A stretch of 64,000 nt of DNA from Felis catus (taxonomy: Eukaryota): assembly GCF_018350175.1 (NCBI RefSeq), contig NC_058384.1, positions 63,736,001 to 63,800,000 of the forward strand, given 5' to 3'. Below the pieces are notes generated by a model. It had not been told where the DNA came from and did no database searches. It saw nothing but the letters and a program-made list of their open reading frames with translations. Both the position numbers and the translations under genes were made by a program. Positions within the stretch are counted from its first letter, which is position 1; each line of letters opens with the position of its first letter. Positions 10,900 through 36,354 of the stretch are shown piece after piece.

Positions 10900-11310
10900 C
10901 ATCCATTCATTCACAAACGCACGCCCTCGACAGAAGTGTGTCCCGTGCGGGCCTGGGCGACTGCGACAAAGGTTATAAAACAGGCCTGACTTTCCAGGAG
11001 CTCACAGACTACAGCTGCCGGTCCTGGCCCCCCGGTTTCACACGTTTAACCGAGTCCCTGGCACGCAGCAGGCTCCAATCCATATTTCTTGAAACCGAAG
11101 CTTACATTTAGTCAAGGAGATAAGATGTGCACAAATTATGGGCGCACAGGCTATAATAAAGGGACTAGCAGAGGCTGGGGAAGGACAGAGGAAGATTCAT
11201 TTTGGGTGGGAGGGGCTGAGAAAGCCCCACGGGAGACGTGGCCTGTGAGGGCAGCTTTGAAAGATGAATAAGATTGTGACAGAGTTGGGGGCGTGGGGTG
11301 TGGAGAGCAC
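10900..11310 (-). mobile_element. L2 LINE remnant
   Basis: cattcattcac tail and L2-like text (ggagctcacag, cttacatttagt, tttgaaagatgaataag). Confidence 0.5.
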
Positions 11311-12299
11311 AGTCTAAGCAAAGTGACCCTCCCTTATTGCCCTTGAACCCCGCTTCCTGCCTCCGGCCAGACAAAATTTGTCCTGCTGCAAACTGTAACC
11401 TATATATATATATTTTTTTTTTTCTTTCCTCACGTTTAGCTCAGTATTTACTTTTTTTTTTTTTTTTTTTTTTTTAGCCCCAGTCTGACAGTGAGCTTGT
11501 GGCTCCTCGTCACTCAGTTTTCAGGGAGTTCAGAGCCTGCCCCCGTCCTCTGGCTATCCCACATTGGCCAGGAAGGTCTTGTGTCACTTGGTGGTTATAT
11601 TGTGTGCATCTGGAATGGAAACCCAGGGGCTTACAGGTAGGAATAAACTTACAGGGATACAGGGGCAGAGTATTTGAAATCGAGCTTGACCTTGCAAAGT
11701 CCAGACATGTGGTCTTGTCCCATGACCGTGGGGTAAGAGGGTAAAATGACCCTGGAGTGTTGGGCTGGTGCACTTTGGGGACTCCTGGCCAGGTGACGAG
11801 GAGGCCTTGAAGTGGAGAGAGGATCCAGCGAGGGGGGCCAGGAACCCGTGGGGCTCATTTCTTGGTCAGTCCATCAGCTTCTATATACGGTGGCATTGGG
11901 GACGGTGTCACTTAAGCTCCTTCTCGGGCGTCTTGGAACCAGCCCCCTGTCTGAGGATACAGGCGTCTGAGAAGACCGTGTTCCTACCTAAGCGGTGTGT
12001 CCTCCAAGGCCGTTCCCCTCCCTGGGCCTCTGTTCTCACCTAAAGCAAGAGGTATATGGGCCAGTCCCGTACTTCCCGTTCTGGCCCTTCTCTGGTTCTC
12101 AGCTTCAAAGCCGAGCCCCTGCAGGAGACTGGGGAACTCGGCAAGGCCCCCGGGAGGCAGCGAGGCTGGCTGGGGTGTGGGATGCTTGGGCTGCTTTCCA
12201 CCCACAAGGGCCTGGCCCCTGTTCCTCCTGGCCTGGTGCCTCCCTCTTTGAACCACCCTGGGCCTTTTCCTGCCCCGCCCCCCGCACCCTGCCTCTCCC

Positions 12300-12807
12300 T
12301 CCCCAGCCCCTGCCACACTGCCCGGTGAAGCCTGGAGCTGACGATGGGATCCCCCCCCACACACCCCACCCCCCCGCCGCCGCCACCGCCACCACCGCCG
12401 GGTCCTTCCCTCCTGCCCTCCCTCCCTGGCGCCCATTAGCTAGCCCAGGCCGTGGGGGCGGTGGCTGGTACGTCTTCGTGCCAGGCCCAACCCCCGGAGA
12501 CGCACCTGTTCTGACCTGCTGAGCAGGTTCCCAGGTTTCTGCCGTCGTCGTTGGCCACGGCGTGGGAAGCAGCTCTGGGGGAGCTCGGAGCTCCCGATCA
12601 CGGCTTTTCGGGGGGTAGCCGGAGCTGGGCGGGTAGAGGAGGGCTGGGTCCCCAGCAGAGACCCCGGAGGGATAGGCAGGCGAGGCAGTGCCTGAGGACT
12701 CCGCGATTTCCTGCCTTCCGGGTCGCGCCCTACCCAGCTCTAGAGCCGGCTCCCAGGGAGAACTCAGGGGACCGTCAGAAACACTGGGCGGCTCTGCCTT
12801 TCCACCG
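12300..12807 (+). promoter_or_regulatory. NECTIN4 proximal promoter and 5' UTR (TSS probably near 12510)
   Basis: GC-box-rich CpG region. Leader gttctgacctgctgagcaggttcccaggtttctgccgtc resembles the recalled human NECTIN4 5' UTR. No upstream ATG seen. Confidence 0.65.
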
Positions 12808-27657
<14,850 letters not shown>

Positions 27658-29165
27658 CCCAGGCCTGCCTCCGTCCCCTAAGCCTGGCTCCTTCTGCTGA
27701 CCTGGGGATTTCTGTTCGGGGAGAGGGGGCTCTCTAAACACCCTATTTCTTCAGGAAGATGCTCCCCATCCCGACTGCTCGACCTTTTCCTCCAGCCCCT
27801 CTGTTCGACCAAGGTAGGGGGGGGGCTCTGCTGGTTGAGTCCTTCCCTGTGTGTGTGTGTGTGTGTGTGCATGCACGCAGATCACCGTGTGCATGTGTGA
27901 GCGTTCGCTGACCTTGTGCGTGTGCGGGGGTGATGTGCCCGTGCTTCATGTCAGCGTCCAAGTGAACTGCGGTGGGTTTGCTGGCGCGTCGTGTGGCTGC
28001 GTGACCTCTACCTGTAAGCACAGGTTATCTCCTCGGACCCCAGAGCAGTATTAATGACGCAGAGGTTGGAGGCGAGAGGTGGAGACGGTGGGCCAGACCC
28101 AGGTGCACCGGCCGGAGCTGGATTCTGGCCTCCTCCGAGTTGGGGAGCTGGGCTCCCTGCACTTGAAAGCCAGCGGGGGCAAGTGTGAACGGCCAGCTCA
28201 GGGGCCTGCCAGGCTAACCCTGCTCAGGAAGAAGCCCCTGGCCCTCTGGTGGCCTCTGGTGGCCTCTGGGCCCTGCTGCACCTGCCTATTTTCTATAAAT
28301 AGACCTGCTGGGGGAGTTTCTGTAGGGAATACTGCTCCGAATACTTTAATACGAGACACAAAAATTTGAATTTCTTTCAAATTGTCTTTGAAAGAAAATT
28401 TGCGCTGCCTCTGGATGTTTGTTATTGCTTGGACTGCTTGGAGTGTGATTAGCCAACAACCCTGGGAGTCAGCCACTGGTCAGCCACCCCCCCTCCCGAG
28501 AGACTGTGCTCAGACCCCAGCAGCGTGCCAACGCCCATGGTTCTGAAAGGTGTTCCTGCTAAGACACTTTAATTTAGGCAGCCTCTTGGGAGGGAGCCTG
28601 GAGTTGTGGAGTCTGAGTCAACGGTGTGAGCCCCTTGGTCAGGGGCTGCAGGAGGACAGGGTGGGGTCCCTGGCCCTAGAGGCTCCCCGGTCCCTTCCCT
28701 ACCGCGTCTTTTTTCTTAGTTGCGTCCCCAGTTGTTTGTGGTCCCTTGGGGGGGTGCGGGGACTGGGTGACAAGGGCTCCTGGTTCACAGGTGGTGTAAG
28801 GGAGGAAGGGTCGTGATTACAGACCTGGGGGGGGGGTCAGGTGGGGCAAAGCTGCCGTTGGAGGCAAGAATGTCTCCTTTCCCCCAGGGAACTCTGGGTC
28901 ACTAGCTCGGGGCTCTTTTGGCAGTGGGGGGGGGGTGCTGGGGTTAGATACGGTCCACCGTTGCCTTGCCCACCCGAAACACACTCGGCCAGAATGCCTA
29001 GATTTTGTACCCAAACCCCACTTGGCCCGAAAACAGCCGGATCTCACCCCCTGCTCCCTGGCCAGCTCAGGACTTTGGATGTGGAGCCCAAAGATCTGGG
29101 GTCCTAGTGTGTACATTTTGTGTAAATATGTGCATATTTGTATATAAAATGATATTCTGTTTTTA

Positions 29166-29171
29166 AATAAA
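29166..29171 (+). terminator. NECTIN4 polyadenylation signal AATAAA (3' UTR about 1.5 kb)
   Basis: AATAAA preceded by UGUA/U-rich elements (tgtacattttgtgtaaatatg) and followed by a GU/U-rich tract. Confidence 0.8.
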
Positions 29172-29759
29172 CAGATAAAAGCTGTTCTGCCTGGTTCCTG
29201 TCTTGCCCCTGAGCTGTGTAAGCCTTGAACAACTCGATTCTCCCTCTGCATCGTCCTCCCTGCGGCCCCGAGTAGGGCAGGAGAGAGCGTGTCTGTGGCT
29301 GGGAGGGAAAGGGGAAAGACGTGTCCCCGCCAGGCCCTCTGCCGTCTCCCAGAGTCCCCGAGTCCTTCTGGGACAGCCGGCGCCCTTGTGCGCCCTGTTG
29401 TCAATCCTGTGTCGTGCCCCAGCGTCACCAAAATGGGCCTGGGAGGCAGAATGCTGTGCACGCTCTTTCCAGACAAAGAAGCCGGCCCTCCAATGAGTTC
29501 CGTGGAAAGAGCTGGAAGGATTAGAGATCACCTAGTTCACCCCCTTCCTTGTCACATGTGTGGAAACAGGCTCGGCGAGGTAATGTGACTCGTCACAGGC
29601 CTGCCAGGGGCCCAGCCTGGCATCCTCCTGGGGGCTCCGCACGGCCCTGTGCCACCTCGCTCTCAGGCCGGCCCCCTGTCTCCGCCTCGGAGCCCCGAAT
29701 TCTGATCTCCGAGGGTGTCAGGCACCTGCTCACGCCCCAGGCGCCGCCACCCCACCCCG

Positions 29760-30206
29760 GGGCTCTGACATCACCTCCCCTTGACCAATGAGCGAAGTCC
29801 CAGCGCTGGGTTGAGGATGTGAATGTCGGCTGCCTCCCCCACCCCAGGCCCTGTGGTTGCAAAGATGCTCTAACAGGAAGCGGGTTTGAGGAGCCACACG
29901 GCTTCCTGCTCCCCCAGGGCTGAGCAGGGCCGGAGGGGCGAGTGCCAGCCTGGGCCACGAGACACAGCTTCTTGCCAGGGTCCTGGCGGCTTCCTCTTCC
30001 ACGGCCGCTTCCGTGTGGCCGGGGCCCCCAGAGGCGCGAGCTGCGGCCCGTGGCCCAGGCCACCCTCCACCCCGCCCTGGTTCGGAGCCCTGCCCCCTGG
30101 GGCCGGGCCAAGCCCAAAGACTGGCTTGGGATCCTATGGGGGACCGGTAGGGCAAAGGTCTTGGGGGGCAGAGAGGTGGCTGGGCCAGGACCTGGGGGCT
30201 CCAGCC
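29760..30206 (+). promoter_or_regulatory. ARHGAP30 promoter and 5' UTR
   Basis: CCAAT 29785-29789, RUNX TGTGGTT 29852-29858, ETS CAGGAAG 29874-29880, PU.1-like GCTTCCTCTT 29989-29998. Confidence 0.6.
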
Positions 30207-33200
30207 ATGAAGTCTCGGCAGAAAGGGAAGAAGAAGGGCAGCTCCAAGGAGAGGGTGTTTGGGTGCGACTTACAGGAGCAGCTGCAGCGTTCCGGCCAGG
30301 AGGGTAAGGAGGTGGCTCAGGGCTGCTGTTGGGTGGGGGGGCCCGGAGCCTCTCCCGCCCGGTCCAGCCTCAGGGACGGAGGCAGCTCCCAGGTGTCCGT
30401 GGCGAAGGGGCAGCGGCTCGGGGTCAGCGCCCAGGCGGCTGTCAAGCAGACGCGGCAGGAAATGTGGCTCGGCGGCAGAGGAGACAGGGGAGCCCCCTTG
30501 TGTAACTACCTGTGGGTGGGGAGGCCGGAGAGCTGGGAGACCGAGAGGCGTAGGCAAGAGAGAGGGGAAGCCATCACTGCTGGGGACGGGAGGCGGCGGG
30601 CCAGGGCCAGGGCCAGGGGACGAATGGCGAAAGGGCCCATGGACGGGCCTTGGGTCTGAATGAAAGGGGACGGGAGAAGGGTGGCAGGAGAGTTTGGGGG
30701 TGGCGCTGGGGCGCACGGGGGTTTCCTGGTTGGAGGAGAGCACCCCGGGGCCGTGGTCGCAGGGCTCGGGGCCCTCTGCAGCCTTGCCGGGCCGCAGGTG
30801 AGGGTGTGGGTTGGCATCTCCCTCTGCCGCTCTCTGTGACTCTCCCTGTGCAAAGGAGGAGCGGGTTTGGGTTGGGAGTGGAGGGGCGAGGGCAGAAGCG
30901 GCTGAAATGTGGGCTGCGGGGAAGGGTCAGAGAGATGCCCCGAGGCTGGTCGGAGGGCAGGGGTGCAGGGTGCAAGGAGGTGGGTGTGGGGCCTGTCAGC
31001 TGCCTCCCTGAGTTCCCTGGAGGGGCTCAGAAGCCAGGAGGACGGGGGGCCCACTCCGGGCTCATCCCCGCATGGAGTGGCCACTCACAAACTTCGCCTT
31101 GATTTGAAATTGAACACAGGTATCCCGGTGGCCCAGCCCAGCTTGTTTGTGCCCCTCCGAGCTCCTCCCAGAGAAGGGCACGATTTCCACCCCCCCCACC
31201 CTACCCCACCCCAATCTGTCATTTCCTCTTCTCCGCTCTGGGTTGTGGTGCCTTCAGTCCGGGAGGGTGATGGTGGTTCCCGGCTCATTTCCTGCTCGTA
31301 GCCCCGCCCCCTCATCCCCAGACACCTCCTTCCCCTTTTCTCCTCCCCCAGGGGCCCCCATCCCCACCGGCCTCCGTTCAGGGAAACCCAGGGCCCCAGA
31401 GAGTCTCAAAGAGCTGAAGTCCCGAAGGCTTTGCTCTGCCTTTCTCTTCTCACCGTGAAGAGCCTGACTGCCAGCACAGGGCTGACTCCTTCACAAGGGA
31501 TTCCTCTTGAGAATGATGACTTCTGGGCCAAGCAAGGGCCACGTGATCCAAGGGGGCTGATGTGCTTCCAGTTCTCTGCAAACCCTCAGTTCAGTCTCCT
31601 CATCCTGGGGCTGCCCTTCCCCGTGGCCCCCGCCAGCGCCATGTTGAAACATGGAACCCCCAGCCGGCCCAGACCCCACTCCTGTATACCCCTCCTGGCC
31701 TGTCTGCATTCCCAGCAGGTGAGGGGCATGTTCTCTGGAAGGTTGCTGGGGCCTGGTCCTAGTGAGACCCAGAGGAGGAGAGGAGCACCCCCTTCCCTTC
31801 CCCAGCATCTCACCTGAGCCCAAGGGTGGAGTGATCTCGGGCCCCTCTCCCTATCCACCCCTTCCCTGGGCACAGACAGGTGGACAGTGAAAGGTCAGAG
31901 AGAGGCTAGTGATGGCTTCTCTCTTCAACCCAAGACTCACGGTCAGTGTTTCTGCTTCATTTATCCTCCCTGAGGATCTTGGTTTTTCTCCATCTGTCTT
32001 CACTCCGTCTCAGCACCCTCTCCCAGCTCCTTGCCCCGGGGGCCATCTCTTCCTTCCCCAAGCCCTACCTCTATTGAGTTCTTTCTTTTCCTAACATTTA
32101 TCTCTTTGTTACCCTGGTCAGGTAGCATTTCTGATCCTCGAAGTCTCTAAATTCTGGGCCCTCCTCCCGGACCCCGCCTCCATTCCCCGATGTCTCCAGC
32201 CCTTGACTCCATCACCTCAGCCCTGTCTCTTACTTTCGTCTCTGATGCCATGGCTCTGATCTCTATTTCCTTGACACTCCCCCCGCCCCACCCCGTCTCT
32301 CGGCCTGTTATCTCTCCTTCCATCTCCATGACCCACCTCCTCCGTGGCTCTGACTCCCTAGGCTATCTAATACCTTCTTTAAGGGCCTTTTCTGGAGATT
32401 CAGAATCAACAGAGAAGGGCAGGATGGGGAGGATCTGGCTTGGATGTAGTTCATGTGAAAAGGACCTAGGCCTTGGGTGACAGCGGACTATCTATGAGTC
32501 AATGGAGTAACATGGCGGCCAAGAGAGTTGGTGTGGCACTAGGCACCTGAGGAGGGTCCACCCCATTTCTTCAGTGCTGGGAACCTGAGGTCAGGGGGCC
32601 CTGGCAAATGGGCACAGGTCGTGGAAGGATGGATGGTGAACTGTAGGGCCAGGACTAAGGTGAGGCAAGAGAGGTGACCAAGGCACAAAATTTAAGGAAG
32701 CCCTCGACCTAGGGCCACCACAGCACCCAGAGNNNNNNNNNNNNNNNNNNNNNNNNNNNNNNNNNNNNNNNNNNNNNNNNNNNNNNNNNNNNNNNNNNNN
32801 NNNNNNNNNNNNNNNNNNNNNNNNNNNNNNNNNNNNNNNNNNNNNNNNNNNNNNNNNNNNNNNNNNNNNNNNNNNNNNNNNNNNNNNNNNNNNNNNNNNN
32901 NNNNNNNNNNNNNNNNNNNNNNNNNNNNNNNNNNNNNNNNNNNNNNNNNNNNNNNNNNNNNNNNNNNNNNNNNNNNNNNNNNNNNNNNNNNNNNNNNNNN
33001 NNNNNNNNNNNNNNNNNNNNNNNNNNNNNNNNNNNNNNNNNNNNNNNNNNNNNNNNNNNNNNNNNNNNNNNNNNNNNNNNNNNNNNNNNNNNNNNNNNNN
33101 NNNNNNNNNNNNNNNNNNNNNNNNNNNNNNNNNNNNNNNNNNNNNNNNNNNNNNNNNNNNNNNNNNNNNNNNNNNNNNNNNNNNNNNNNNNNNNNNNNNN

Positions 33201-34836
33201 NNNNNNNNNNNNNNNNNNNNNNNNNNNNNNNNNNNNNNNNNNNNNNNNNNNNNNNNNNNNNNNNCTAATTTTTTTTGTACTCTCAATGTGGGGCTCGAAC
33301 TTATGACCCCGAGATCAAGAGTTCCATGCTCTTCTGAAGGTCGTGTTTGTGCACAGTTGGCACTTGCACAGCTCTAGGAATGGGTGCTTCCGTAAATTCC
33401 GCACCTGCACCTTCCTTGTCTCACCCAAGTCCTGGCTCTGGGGTGAGGGTGGGGAACAAAGGGTGTGGACACCAGGCCACATGAGGAGGGTTTACAATAG
33501 TGAATAATGGGTTTATTGATTATTTCCTTCATTCTGTATTTCTCTAATTAATTACTTCATCCCACCAAGAACTTGGCATGGATGATTCCAAAAGCTAACA
33601 CTTTACAAAAACATAGAATAAAATGACCGAGGGAATTGGGTTGAAGGGGGAATGAGAGGAAGGTCAAGATCCGTGCCCAGAAGCGCGTATCGGGTGATTC
33701 TATATGGTTTCTAGATGTGGGCTCTGAGCTTCCTGGTAACCAAAGAGGTGAACATAATCAGGTCTAAGACTCATAAAGCCCAGAAGGAAAAAAAAAAAAA
33801 AAAAAAAAACCAGATGGCTGAGGAGAGACAGCTTTTCGTGACACTGACACGGGAGAGGGATTTCTCTGGAAAGTCTTGGTGAATCGAACTTAGTGTTTCG
33901 TCTTGGGCAATATTCTCTAGTTCAACCTCCAGGGGATGTTAGTCATCCTCATACCTGACGGCTCTCTTCCCCGAGTTGTCAATACACCACTATTGAGCAC
34001 CTGCTGTTTCCACACCGTGCTAGATGCTGGGGAACATGTCACTGGTTTTCAGAGGTGGAGACACAAAGGAAAGTAGTGATAACGAAGTGTGGTAAGTGCC
34101 ACGATACAGATACAAGCAAGGGGCTCAGAGTTGGAGGTGATCTTTGAGGCGTGTTTTGGCGAACGCATCGGAGTTCACCCGTCAAAGACAGAGGGAAGGG
34201 TGTTTCCAGGCAAGGGAACGACACGAGTTACGGGGCCAAGGCGTGTTCACGGAGCAGCAAAGAGCCGGATCCTGGGGCTTGTCGGAGAGGCAGCCGGAGC
34301 CGAGGCTGGGAGAGCAGCTGGGCCCGGCCTTTGCAGGGCCTTAGGCGCCAGGCTGAGGGGTTTCTATTTTATCCTCCATCTGTAGGCCGAGCAGTGAAGG
34401 CTGAGCTGAAGCAAAGTGTTTATGGAGCAGAAGATTTAAGGCAGGGAAAGCTTTCGCAAGAGAAACCTTCTGGAGACAGGGTTTCACACGGGGCGTTGGA
34501 AGGTTTCCCGAGTCTGAGACATCATGTCAGAACACATGAGGGATGTTGGGGCGCCTGGGGGGCTCAGTCGGTTAAACGTCCGACTTTGACTCAGGTCATG
34601 ATCTCTCGGTCCGTGAGTTCGAGCCCCGCGTCGGGCTCTGGGCTGAAGGCTCGGAGCCTGGAGCCTCCTTTCCATTCTGTGTCTCCCTCTCTCTCTGCCC
34701 CTCCCCCGCTCATGCTCTGTCTCTCTCTCTCTCTCTCTCCCTCTCTCTCTCAAAAATAAATAAACACAAAAAAAGAAAAAAGAAAACATGAGGGATGTCA
34801 AAATCAGTAACATTCTGTTTGGGCCTCAGAGAGGGT

Positions 34837-34870
<34 letters not shown>

Positions 34871-36319
34871 CCGGTCGCACTTAGATCTTGCCCTTCAGGA
34901 GCTTACGGTCTGGCAACAGGGGAGGGGGCCCAGGGTGGGAAAGAGAACGCAACTTTTGGCGCCCCTGGATGGGAATCCTGGCGCTAGCTGGTAATACTGG
35001 GCCCTCGTTACTTCTCTGACCCTCTGCAGAATGGGGACTAGGATACCTAATGCACAGAGCTTGGCACATCGTTGCTTCTCTCCTGCGCCGACCTGTGTGC
35101 AGGTTTGCCGCGATCGTGTGCGCCTTCCTATGACAGACCTACTATGCACGCGCTGGCCTCCTGGCTTCACAACAGTCCCCGTCAGCCCTGCGCCTTGTGG
35201 GTCCGGACAACTCATGCTCCTTCATTTTCTATAGAGTGTTAAATAAATGTACTTTCCTTGTTTTTTTAAGTTTAGGTATTTCCTTTGAGAGAGAGAGAGA
35301 GAGAGAGAGAGAGCAGGGGAGGGGCAGAGAGAGGGGGGAGAGAGAGAATCCCAAGAGGGCTCCACGCTGTCGGCACGGAGCTCGATGTGGGGCTCGAACT
35401 CACGAACCGTGAGATCGTGACCCGGGCCGAAATCCGGGGTCAGACCCTTCATTGACTGAGGCCCCCGGGCGCCCCTAAATAAATGCACTTTCAAGACCCA
35501 TCCTTTTACTCCGAGTCTCCTTCCAAGCACACTGCTGCCCCTTCGAAGATTCTGGGGTAGCAGCTAGTAATTACAGAGAGACAGATTTCAGCTCAACAAA
35601 AGGCAGAACTTTCTAGCAGCAGTGGGCGGTCTGGACAGGCAGTGTGCTCCCCCCTCACCTGGGGGATTTCCGCAGAGGCTCTGGACCCAATGGACGGAGA
35701 GACCGGGGGCTGAGGCCCTCTGAGACTCCTTGCGACAGGTGGCTATTCCGCGAGCTCTGCCTTCAGTCTCCCCAAACCCCCGTCCCCGATGCTTCCATTT
35801 CTCAGATCCCCTGCGGTCTCTGTCCTCCCAGACCGGCTGATCTCTCGTCTCTGTGTCGTCTGTGTCCCCAGTGCCACAGGTGCTGAGGAGCTGTGCAGAG
35901 TTCGTGGAGGAATACGGGGTAGTAGATGGGATCTACCGCCTCTCGGGGGTCTCCTCCAACATCCAGAAGCTCCGGTGAGTCAGGCAGGGAGGGGAGGGCT
36001 CCGTGGGCCAGGAGGGGCGAGGGAAGCGGGGAGAAGGAAGCGTGGACTCTGGAGTCTCCTCAGGAGGTGCATGTCTCCACTCCCATATACGCCCACCCAG
36101 TTTTAAAAAATTGGATATAACTCATACACCACAAAACTCACTATTTAAACATGTACGACGCAGGGGCGCCTGGGGGGGCTCAGTGGGTTGAGCGACCGAC
36201 GTCGGCTCAGGTCATGATCTCACGGTCTGTGGGTTCAAGCTCCGCGTCGGTCTCTGTGCTGACAGCTCGGAGCCTGCAGCCTGCTTCCGATTCGGTGTCT
36301 CCCTCTCTCTCTGCCCCTG

Positions 36320-36354
<35 letters not shown>

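Noticed and set aside
29886-30659. 257 aa ORF extending ARHGAP30 exon 1 upstream by 107 codons
   Set aside because: Starts at a non-ATG codon in a GC-rich leader and continues into intron 1; the true ATG (gccATG, 30207) has a purine at -3. No evidence of use.
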